Source: Carpediemonas membranifera BICM
Taxonomy: Eukaryota > Protista > Fornicata
Direction of reading: 5' to 3'
DNA: 64,000 bases
Assembly (NCBI GenBank): GCA_019828565.1
Contig: JAHDYR010000011.1
Span: forward strand, 1-64,000
Shown: in pieces, positions 11,668 to 20,662 of the stretch
Layout: every line of letters begins with the position of its first letter
Position numbering within the stretch: the stretch's first letter is position 1
Position numbers and translations under genes: made by a program
Notes under the pieces: generated by a model
What the model saw: only the letters and a program-made list of their open reading frames with translations
What the model was told of the DNA's origin: nothing
Database searches by the model: none

Positions 11668-14600
11668 TTATGCTTTTCCGAGAAATATATCTAACGCTTC
11701 GCAGTCCTTGACGTTCTCGTAAGGCTCCCAAGTGTCCTCGCATGGCTCATACCCTTTCCAGTGCACGTGGAACTTCCTATTCTTGATCGACTTCTCATTG
11801 GATGAATCGTAAATGCACTCGACAACGTACTCGGCATCAGTGGTCGCTGCCAGGGCCTGTGCTGAGTCGCGTGACAAGTCACCCTCGAAAGACCTCACGC
11901 GCTCGGATGCTACCCTGAACTCCTTACCCGAGTTCACGTCTCTCACATTGTATGCTACCGGTAAGTTGTCGACGATAACCGGGCTCACTAGCTGCATTGG
12001 GCCTCGCCAACCTGCCGCAAGCTTGGAAGGTGGCTTAGTCGGATACTTCACCAGCACCCACTCTGAATCAATAACCGGCGGGGACCCAACCCGGTTGCGC
12101 GCGTCCTCTTGCATGGCTCGGATGCGTGCCGCGGCCATCTGTCTCGCGAGTTTCACCGCCTCGCCATTATCTGCCGGATAGTCCGCGCTGTCATCTTGGC
12201 TCGTGAAGACAATCTCACTCGGCACTCGCATGTCGCTTCCAAAGATAATCTCAGCCGGCGTGAGGTGATGGGCCGCTCTGGGTGTTGAATTAACAATAAA
12301 TTGTGCCACTGGTAAACAGTCGACCCAATCCTCGGTCTGGAGCTCATACTTCCTGGAGCGCAAGATTCGTTCGATTCGAGAGTTCGCCCGCTCTACAATC
12401 CCATTGGACTGCGGGTGATACGGAGTTGTGATATGGGTCGAGAACCCGACTCGACCAGCAAGATCCTCGAACAAACGGTTTGCAAACTGGCGCCCTCCGT
12501 CTGACTGGAGAACTCTAGGCGCCCCGTACCGTAGTAGCCACGTATTCGTAAATGCTCTTACTGCTTCAAGGGCCTTCGTAGTCCGTAGGGGTACCAGCTC
12601 TGTCCACCTTGAGGCCGTGTCAACCATTACCAAGATATAGCTGAAACCGTTGACCTCTGGTAGCGGGCCAATCGTGTCAATCGCTACCTTATCAAACGGA
12701 GTTACACTCGCTGTGTGCAAGTACGACCGCTTGGCGTCCTCTGGCTTCGCCGTGAGCTGACAGACTGGGCACTTGTTAATTACCTCTGCGACTTGGTCAA
12801 TGGGGGCTCGCTTCCCTCTCGCCTTCAACAGCTCGACTGTCGTATAAAGGGGGAGATGGGCTTGACCGTGGAGGTGAGCGTCATGGATCTCATTCTCTGT
12901 CGCGGTCGGGGTCTTGGACGCAGCAAAGACTCTGCTCAATCCATCCGCTGCTCCATTATCTACTCCAGGGACGTGTCGTATTGTGAAGGGGAGGTCTGCG
13001 ATCGATTCATACCACCTTTGGACCTTAGCGTTTGATGAACGGGCCATATAAATGAGATTACGGTGGTCGGTCAGCAGCGTGAAAGGGGTCCAGACCAGGA
13101 AACGGCGCCAGCGTTGAAGCGCAGAGACGATAGCATATGCCTCCTGTTCTATCGTGCTCCATCTTGTCTGTACATCTGTGAACGCCTTCGACATATAACT
13201 GACCGGCTTTCCATCCTGCAGGAGGACACCTCCGATCCCTACGTCCGACGCGTCGGTCATCACCACGTGGCGCTTTGTCACGTCGAAGTGTTGTAAGATG
13301 GGTGCGGAACACAGTAGATCCTTCACCAGGGCCAAGGCTTTGGTCTGCTCTGGGGTGCCTAGCCCAATCTTACCGGCTGCCGCGAGTGCCAATGGTCGCG
13401 TGACCATGGAAAAGTGTGGCACGAAGTCACGGACGAAGTTCAGAAATCCCATGAGTGCCTGGGCCGCCTTTCGGGACTTGGGTAGTTTGAGCTCTTGGAT
13501 GTCATGTACCCGGTCGGCAGCAATACCGTAGCCCTCACCTGAAACTGTCCAGCCAAGGAACTCGACTGTAGACTGGCCGAAATGTGACTTCTCGGCATTG
13601 AGGCGAAGATTCAGTTCATCCGCTCGCTTGAGGACCTTCGTCAGGTTGACGATATACTCTGCCTCTGTTCTTCCGAAGACTACGATGTCATCGATATAAA
13701 TCAGGCAACTGGCTCCTAGTAAATCTGCGAACGCCCGCTCCATCGAGTACTGAAAGTGAGCACCCGCGTTCTTCAAACCAAACGGCATGCCCGTATACTG
13801 GAACTTGCCCCTCGGCGTATTGAACGCCGTGTACTGGCGCGAACGTTCGGACATCTGAATCTGGTGGTACCCTGCCGATAAATCTAGGGTGGCGAACACC
13901 TTGGATGCGCCTAACTTCGCTAAACACGTCTGTATCTCCGGGATAGGGTACTCGAACGGCTCCGTCTCGTCGTTGATCTTACGGAAATCTACGACCATGC
14001 GTGTCTTGTCCGGACCCTTCGGAACCAGGAGCACCGGCGAAGCATATGGGCTGAAAGACTGCTCGACGTACTTCTTCTCGATTAGCTCGGCGAGATGTTG
14101 GTCGAATAAGTGCTCGCGCTGGTATGGGACGTAGTTAGACCGTGACGCGATCACCCTGTCCGACTTGAGCACAAGGTCATATGGTTCTAGATTGCTGAAA
14201 CCTTGCCGGTCGTGGAAACAGTGGTCATAGCGGGCCAATATCCGACTCTGCTTATCGTTCATATCCGCTCGCAAACTGTAGAGTCGTCTCTCAAGACGCT
14301 CGAGTGTCGATGGGAGCTGGGCGTCCTCTTCGATCGACGAGTCGCTCGACCTAGCTCCAACATGTGGAAGAATGCCCCAGTCCACCATGACTGCATAGTT
14401 CAAGAGCATGTCATACTCCATCTCAACTGCATACGCGGTCACCGTCGCCTCGACGCCCTTCGGGGTCATCGGCGACTTGTCCATGATTACTGGGACCTCA
14501 TAGGTCGTGTCTGTCTGGATTCTGCCTCCGGGTGACTTGATGTGTATCGGGCTGGCTAGCTTCGTCGCGTTCAGTCCCGCTTCCTGAGCTGAGGCGGGGT

Positions 14601-15657
14601 TAACGAGCGGGATGTCCGCACCACAATCGAATAGTATGCGTCCCCATGCGCAGCCGTCCACTGCACCCGATACCACAGGCAATGATGGAGTTGTCTCGCC
14701 AGCCATAGTCCAAACGCGCGCCGGTGTCGAGTAATTGGTGTACTTACGGTCGTTTACAGGAACTGGGCCTGTCGACCGGCAGAACTTGGCCATGTGGCCC
14801 AGCTTTCCACACTTTGCGCACTTGATCTTATCTCTCTTACAGTCCCGGGCGAAGTGACCTTGCTTGCCGCAGTTCTGACACTGCTTACTGGCTCTGTCGG
14901 GCCGTCTCGTATCAGGCTGGAAACTGGAGTGGTTGTACGCGTGCGGTGGCTCAGGAGCTTGGCGTTGGAGGGGAGGCTGGTCAGGTCTTGCCTGTTGACG
15001 TTCTTGGCGGCCCGGACGGGCTCTGCTAGACTTGACGCGGCTTCCAGGATGTGTTAACGACACTGGATGGAGGGATGCGTATGATTCAGAGATGAGACGA
15101 GCTTCCTCGAGCTTCTTGCAGATCATAAGAGAGGTAATGAAGGTCTCATCGAGCGACATTCCTACTACGGCGTCTTTGACCTCCTCGCGGAGGAACTCGT
15201 CCAGGATTCCGTTCAGGAACATCTGGCGGATCGTAGCAGGCGCCAGATCAGGCTTGATGATGCGGTACCTTGTACGGAACTTGTCCAAGTACTGTGTGAA
15301 GCGCCCCGAATGGACGCCCTTCACAGAGAGCTGGAATAGTTGGCGCTGTAGGATAGCTGATTGAGGTTTGATGGCGTCAACGACGGCCTGGAAAGCTAGG
15401 TCTTCCGCTCCGGACTTTTTCATACGGACTTGCGGTGCGCGAAAAATAAGGGAGGATGATGTCTTCTGTCTCCTCGCGCGGCGGTACACCTGCTTAACAT
15501 CAACACCCGATGAACTGCAGAATGTTAGAACTGCAGGGCCTAAGCGCTTAATGAGGCGGCGCTTTCCACCGGCCTGAACATGTCTCGTTAGCTTTTCGTG
15601 AAATGCCAGAATGGCACTAATGCTTGGCTCGTTCACTGACGGGCCGTTTTCAGTCAT
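11668..15657 (-). CDS. Intact Ty3/Gypsy chromovirus Gag-Pol polyprotein (element A)
   Basis: Single 1329-aa ORF with two CCHC knuckles (CQNCGKQGHFARDC, CAKCGKLGHMAKFC), protease FDCGA, RT YIDD, RNase H TDAS...TDHRNL, integrase CPVC / D,D35E (QSDGG, HPQSNGIVER) and chromodomain FHVHWKGYEPCEDTWEP. Confidence 0.97.
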   Translation of the reverse strand: MTENGPSVNEPSISAILAFHEKLTRHVQAGGKRRLIKRLGPAVLTFCSSSGVDVKQVYRRARRQKTSSSLIFRAPQVRMKKSGAEDLAFQAVVDAIKPQSAILQRQLFQLSVKGVHSGRFTQYLDKFRTRYRIIKPDLAPATIRQMFLNGILDEFLREEVKDAVVGMSLDETFITSLMICKKLEEARLISESYASLHPVSLTHPGSRVKSSRARPGRQERQQARPDQPPLQRQAPEPPHAYNHSSFQPDTRRPDRASKQCQNCGKQGHFARDCKRDKIKCAKCGKLGHMAKFCRSTGPVPVNDRKYTNYSTPARVWTMAGETTPSLPVVSGAVDGCAWGRILFDCGADIPLVNPASAQEAGLNATKLASPIHIKSPGGRIQTDTTYEVPVIMDKSPMTPKGVEATVTAYAVEMEYDMLLNYAVMVDWGILPHVGARSSDSSIEEDAQLPSTLERLERRLYSLRADMNDKQSRILARYDHCFHDRQGFSNLEPYDLVLKSDRVIASRSNYVPYQREHLFDQHLAELIEKKYVEQSFSPYASPVLLVPKGPDKTRMVVDFRKINDETEPFEYPIPEIQTCLAKLGASKVFATLDLSAGYHQIQMSERSRQYTAFNTPRGKFQYTGMPFGLKNAGAHFQYSMERAFADLLGASCLIYIDDIVVFGRTEAEYIVNLTKVLKRADELNLRLNAEKSHFGQSTVEFLGWTVSGEGYGIAADRVHDIQELKLPKSRKAAQALMGFLNFVRDFVPHFSMVTRPLALAAAGKIGLGTPEQTKALALVKDLLCSAPILQHFDVTKRHVVMTDASDVGIGGVLLQDGKPVSYMSKAFTDVQTRWSTIEQEAYAIVSALQRWRRFLVWTPFTLLTDHRNLIYMARSSNAKVQRWYESIADLPFTIRHVPGVDNGAADGLSRVFAASKTPTATENEIHDAHLHGQAHLPLYTTVELLKARGKRAPIDQVAEVINKCPVCQLTAKPEDAKRSYLHTASVTPFDKVAIDTIGPLPEVNGFSYILVMVDTASRWTELVPLRTTKALEAVRAFTNTWLLRYGAPRVLQSDGGRQFANRLFEDLAGRVGFSTHITTPYHPQSNGIVERANSRIERILRSRKYELQTEDWVDCLPVAQFIVNSTPRAAHHLTPAEIIFGSDMRVPSEIVFTSQDDSADYPADNGEAVKLARQMAAARIRAMQEDARNRVGSPPVIDSEWVLVKYPTKPPSKLAAGWRGPMQLVSPVIVDNLPVAYNVRDVNSGKEFRVASERVRSFEGDLSRDSAQALAATTDAEYVVECIYDSSNEKSIKNRKFHVHWKGYEPCEDTWEPYENVKDCEALDIFLGKA

Positions 15658-15661
15658 TTGA

Positions 15662-15673
15662 AGTAATATTACT
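15662..15673 (-). promoter_or_regulatory. Palindrome AGTAATATTACT at the PBS position of element A
   Basis: Minus strand reads CCACA GTAATATTAC TTCAA ATG, i.e. an LTR-like end, the palindrome, then the gag start. Confidence 0.7.
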
Positions 15674-15707
15674 GTGGTTTGACTATACCTGTTTTACTGG
15701 GAGAATA

Positions 15708-15733
15708 GACTTCGACACAGGGGTGTCGAAGTC
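15708..15733. promoter_or_regulatory. Inverted repeat GACTTCGACAC-AGGG-GTGTCGAAGTC, candidate promoter element
   Basis: Perfect 11-bp arms ~50 bp upstream of the gag ATG; near-identical motif at 48353-48372 upstream of RPL34. Confidence 0.55.
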
Positions 15734-15769
15734 AATCCATAAATGTTCTTAAATTGTACTGACTGACAC

Positions 15770-16956
15770 CTTCACTCGCCAGTGGGTCGAAGAGTGCCCC
15801 ATATGCCAGAAGGCACGGGAACCGGGGCGTACGAGAGTCCCCTGGAACTCCACGCAGCACAGGCAGCCATTCGAGGTGGTGCAGCTTGATACTATCGGGC
15901 CCCTCCCCCAATCACCGCACGGCAACCAGTACGTTGTCGTAGTCATTGATGCGTTCTCGAAGTACGTGGACGTCTACCCGGTGAAGAGCACCGACGCCCA
16001 GGGGGCGGCCGAGGTGGTCGCCCGCGTGTGTGGTCGATGGGGAGTACCACAGACGATCCAGACTGACCAAGGCTCGCAGTTCCGAAATGAACTCGTCAAC
16101 CAAGTCACGACTCGACTGACCCTCAACCATCGATTCTCCACCGCATATCATCCTGCTAGTAATGGCATAGTGGAGAGAGCCAATGGCACGTTGGTCCGAG
16201 CTCTACGCAAGCTGTTGTTGGAGGCGGAAGACGACCAGTGGGAGCACTGGCTCCCCGGTCGCGCAGCTGGTGATTAACAGCGCGCCACACAGCACGCTAG
16301 GGGGCATGAGCCCACTCCAATGCCTCTTCGGCATCTCACCCGCCGTTCTTAAGTCGGCCGAGCAGTTGGCACCGATGGCGGAGGCTGTCGGGGCCCCGGC
16401 GGATCTGGCAGAGTGGGCACGGGCTCGGCAGGGCTTCAGAGCGGCAGCGGAACAAGCGGTGGGTGAGTATGAACGCCGCCAGGCTGCGAAACAGCCGGCT
16501 GAGTCTCAGTCTAAGGTACGGACTGGCGACCTCTATTTTGTGAGGTGGGCAACGAGACAGACGAAGTTGACTGCTAAGGCCCGTGGACCGATGCAGGCCG
16601 TCGGGCAAGGGGAAAGCCCGAACACCTGGCGCATGAAGGACTTAATCTCGCACAAGGTGGTACTGATCCATGAGGAACGGATAAGCGTGGCTAAGGTCTC
16701 GATGGAGCAAGCGGTGCGCTTAGCGGCACGGGATCATCAGGAATTCGTTGTCGAAAGGATCGTAGGCCACAAGCTCGGTGGTAGGAAGAATCGTTCGGCC
16801 ATCTTGATCGAATGGGCCGGTTTTGAACCAGATGAAGCCACTTGGGAACCGTTGAACGCGGCGAATGCGCAGCTAAGAGCTCTGGACGACTATTTGGACA
16901 CTTTGACATCAGTAAGTAGGAAAAGGCTGGAAGGAACCATCCCGAAGCGCCATTAG
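15770..16956 (+). pseudogene. 3' part of a Ty3/Gypsy chromovirus (element D): integrase and chromodomain
   Basis: CPICQ, QLDTIGPLP, QTDQGSQF, YHPASNGIVER; frameshift near 16255; chromodomain EFVVERIVGH...IEWAGFEPDEATWEP. Confidence 0.92.
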
Positions 16957-17103
16957 GGAAATGTCGACGACGAACTTCGTTGTTGCGGACTCCTCGACGA
17001 TTTATCGACTCCTGGACTATCCGCCGACTTCTGGACGATTACGTCAAGGGTCAGAGATTTGCCCTGGATTTTTTTTTTCTCAGGAGTGAGGATTTATTTT
17101 TTT

Positions 17104-17231
17104 GGGTGGGGAGGGGGTAGTGTGATATATATACATATAATATATATACATATAATTACCCTCTACATATAATCCCCTGATCTCGATACGGTCAATGGCC
17201 GTCTCGAATCGACACAATTGGTGTCGCCACA
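17104..17231 (+). repeat. Polypurine tract and probable 3' LTR of element D
   Basis: GGGTGGGGAGGGGGTAG followed by TGTGAT at 17121; plausible end ...GCCACA at 17231, but there is no partner LTR to confirm it. Confidence 0.55.
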
Positions 17232-17326
17232 TAAAGCAGTGCACCCTTCACAAGGGGGTTGCCGTCCCGGACACCGGACCACGCATGTCCGAGTAGCTGG
17301 CTCTGGCCATACCAGCAATTCGATCA

Positions 17327-20300
17327 AAGAATAGGAATGTTGCCTATACGCGCACAGGAGGCGGAACCCTGGCCTCCTGATGTTCCAGGACTCTCTGGAG
17401 AAGCCAATTCTGTACGTTTTTCCCTCCTTAGACAGCTCATTGCCGCCGTAGTATCGAAACATGAACAGCGCGTACCAAGAGGCAAGAAACAATACGTGAA
17501 CAACTGTAAGACCTTCTTTTACACGGTAACAAGCATCCCCACGCTAAGATCCATCACATGTGTTTCTGGCCCAACCATAACCGTTCGCTTTTGGTGCGAC
17601 CTCATTTCGGAGTTCGCCATCCTGTTGCATTGCCACTACAACACTTCCAGCATCAAAAAACATGCCAAGAACATTGATACTGCATGCCCACTCATCCACG
17701 CTGTCTTCAAGCAGCTCTTCGTCGATCGCGTCGACATCATCGACGCATTTGATCCCGACACACTTGACTTTGTCGTCGATGATGCCCCCTCCACCACGCA
17801 ACTACCGTCCCCTGAGATCCAACCGCCCAGCAGTCCTGTCCCCATGCTCTCGCCTGCCCCAACATCTCAACCGAGCATCGCAACCCCTGCGCCGCACCTT
17901 GCTGTCCTCCATAACGCCACGACCGACCGTCCCACGCATTCCCACGGTCCTCTTAGTGCCAAAGAAGCCCTGGCTGTTGGCAAACGCAAACCTGCTAAGC
18001 AGGCTCAAGTACGTTTTGCCGATGAGTTTATCGCCCTTCTCAACAGCTACAACGATTCCGAAGAGGACTGCCGAGCAGGTAAGCTGCAAATGATCCTCAG
18101 CTACACACTGACGCTGCACACTCCTACTGCCACCAAAATGCCAACAACAGCAGCCGTTTCCGCGTCCAAGCAGGCCCTCATCATGTGCCAGCGCGGTTTC
18201 TACGCAAAGGCCCTGCAGTGCCTTACCGCCACGCGCGTAGCGCTTGCCGATGACGAAATCGACGCCGCGTTCGCCCGCCTCCTCCCCGTGCCCGCCACCC
18301 CGCTCCACCCTCTGACCGACATTGGTGCGTCACCGACGACGCCCCTGCGCCACATCGAGGTGTCCGCCAACGCCATCAGCACAGTTATCCACCGCACCCG
18401 CTTCGACTCAGCGCCCGGGCCCTCTGGTCTCTCCTTCCTACACCTTAAGACAATGCTGCGCGCCCGCGGCAAGCTCTCCGGATCCCTTGTCCCCCTAATC
18501 CAAGATATTGTCAACGGCGAGCCTTGGACGGCCGCCCTCGCCCACGCCATACTTGTCCCCGTGCCCAAGAATTCCGCAACAGACATCCGCCCCATCGCGA
18601 TTGGCGAGTCCCTCCGCCGCATCGCTGGCCGCATACTTGCCAAGGCCGTCCGCGACCGCCTGGTGAAGGACAAGATTTTCGTTGACCAATATGGCCTCGG
18701 TGAGAAATGTGGCGCCGAGCTCATGATCGCCAAAATGCGCGCCCTCCGCGCCAAAGGACAAACAATCGCTGCCTTTGACCTCACCAACGCATACGGCACG
18801 GTTTCGCGCCCCTATCTCCTCAGAGTTGTTGAAGAATATGCCCCTGTTGCCTCTGGCTATCTCCACACCATGTACGAGAATGGTAACCTACACGCCACCA
18901 CTGGAAGCACCTTCTCCTCCGACGAAGGCATCCAACAAGGCTGTCCCGTCTCTCCACTCGCCTTCTCACTGGCCATGATGCCGATCCTGGCCCAACTACG
19001 CCGTAAGTTCCCTCCCATCACCTGGCTCGCCTACCAGGACGACCTATACGCAATAGGCACCGATTTACCAAGCACTCTGGAGCCCGCTGTTGCCACCGCG
19101 GTCGCAGCAGCGGGAATGACCCTGAACAGCGCCAAGACCATCTGGTCTGGCCCCAGCGAAGACGCCTACCCACTCAAGATCCCCCTGGGTGCAGACAGCT
19201 TCATCCAGGCCAAGTGGCAGGTCCTAGCCAGCAAGGTCAGCAACCGCCTTGCCGCCCTTGATGCCTGGCTGGATGCTGAAGGCCCAAACTCCGCACCATA
19301 CGGCTTTATCATCCTCCGCACGTGTATTCTGCCCATGCTGAACCACTTCATGCGGGCTGTTCCGCCCTCCCATGCCCATCTAGCCGACACTTTCGAGACC
19401 AACCACATATGGCCCACCCTGTCTCGCATCATCGCCGCCCCGGACGAGGCCAGAGCGCACGTCATGTGGCGCGCCGGCCTCGACAGTCACGCAGGCCTCG
19501 GCCTCGCACTCCCAAGCGCAGTATGGCACTCCGCCTACCTCGGCAGCTGCGCTTGCAGACCAAACTGCCAATGAGATAGACCCCTCCGCCTTCGCTGTCC
19601 AGTGCAAGGACTGGCCCAAATCAGTCAAAGAGGTCAAGGACAAGCCCAACCCCCAGCACTACTTAACCAAACTTCTGCGGCAGCAAGCCGCGGCTCAGCT
19701 GGGGGAGCAGCCACTCCCCGACCTTCACCCCCTCATCTTCACGATCCCCTACCCCCTCCATGCCGATGCGGAAGCCGAACTCCCACCTGGTGCCACCTTC
19801 CAGGCCCTTGCCAAGCGCCAGGTCGGCCTGCCTGCCTTCAACACCGGCGACCTGCCCCAATGCCCCATGTGTAGCAAGCCCCACCCTGATACTGAGCATC
19901 TGCTCGGCTGCCAGAACCTCCCGAACGGTCTCCGCAAGCGCCGCCACGACGACATGCGCGATGCCGCTCTCACCCTCCTCCGCCGCGAAGGCGTCCCCGT
20001 CCACAAAGAGCAAAACCTCCGGCTCTTCCCGGCTGTCGAGCTTGTCGACGCACCCATCAACCCGAACGCCGATATCCCTGCCGACCTGCTCATCACCCCG
20101 CCAAACGCCATGCCCACCGTCGTCGACCTGCGCGTCACCAACTACCGGTCGAGTGCGTACTCGGACAAGACACGCCATTACCGTGACTACCGCGTGACGG
20201 TCCTCCCAGCCATCTCGTCAATCTACGGCGAGACGGCCGTTACGAAGACCAGCGGCGCGAAGAAGGAGCGCCCCTGCTGGATCGCATCGCTCGCCGGCAT

Positions 20301-20564
20301 CTGCGGCCTGTCCGAAGGCGCGACCGCCACCCTTCGCCGCGATGTCGCCCTCGCCCACTGGAACGGCAACGTTGCAGTCTGGGCCTCGATTCCCTTCCCA
20401 CGCTCATAACCGACACTGGCTCCAACTCCGATCGGGTTTCACACTGCACCACCCAGCCACACACTGCCCGCGCCCAAGCCCGCCACACACGCGTCACCTG
20501 ACGCCGAGAGTGGTTCCGAATTCTCGCGCCAGGGCGCTCGGATTCTCCCCCACCGTCCCATGTA
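17327..20564 (+). mobile_element. CRE-like RLE non-LTR retrotransposon inserted at the 5' end of tRNA-Asp; ORF from ATG 17337 with ~2 frameshifts near 19560-19800
   Basis: RT motifs SAPGPSG, IRPIAIGE, FDLTNAY, GIQQGCPVSP, YQDD, GLGL; C-terminal CPMC...EHLLGC, RHD and ADLL...VDLRV. Flanked by the direct repeat AATTCGATCA (17317-17326, 20565-20574). Confidence 0.9.
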
Positions 20565-20567
20565 AAT

Positions 20568-20640
20568 TCGATCATAGTATAGGTGGTTAGTATATCGCGC
20601 TGTCACCGCGGAGACCCGGGTTCAAGTCCCGGTGATCGAG
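20568..20640 (+). tRNA. tRNA-Asp (GTC)
   Basis: Acceptor stem TCGATCA/TGATCGA plus discriminator G; D-arm; anticodon arm TCGCG-CTGTCAC-CGCGG; T-loop GGTTCAAGTCC; TTTT terminator follows. Confidence 0.95.
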
Positions 20641-20662
20641 CTTTTACAACAAAATGTTTGCC

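Noticed and set aside
16960-17160. Short GGAC/CGAC repeats and a TA-rich run as a CRISPR-like or satellite array
   Set aside because: Irregular low-complexity sequence in a retroelement 3' UTR/LTR with no repeat-spacer periodicity.
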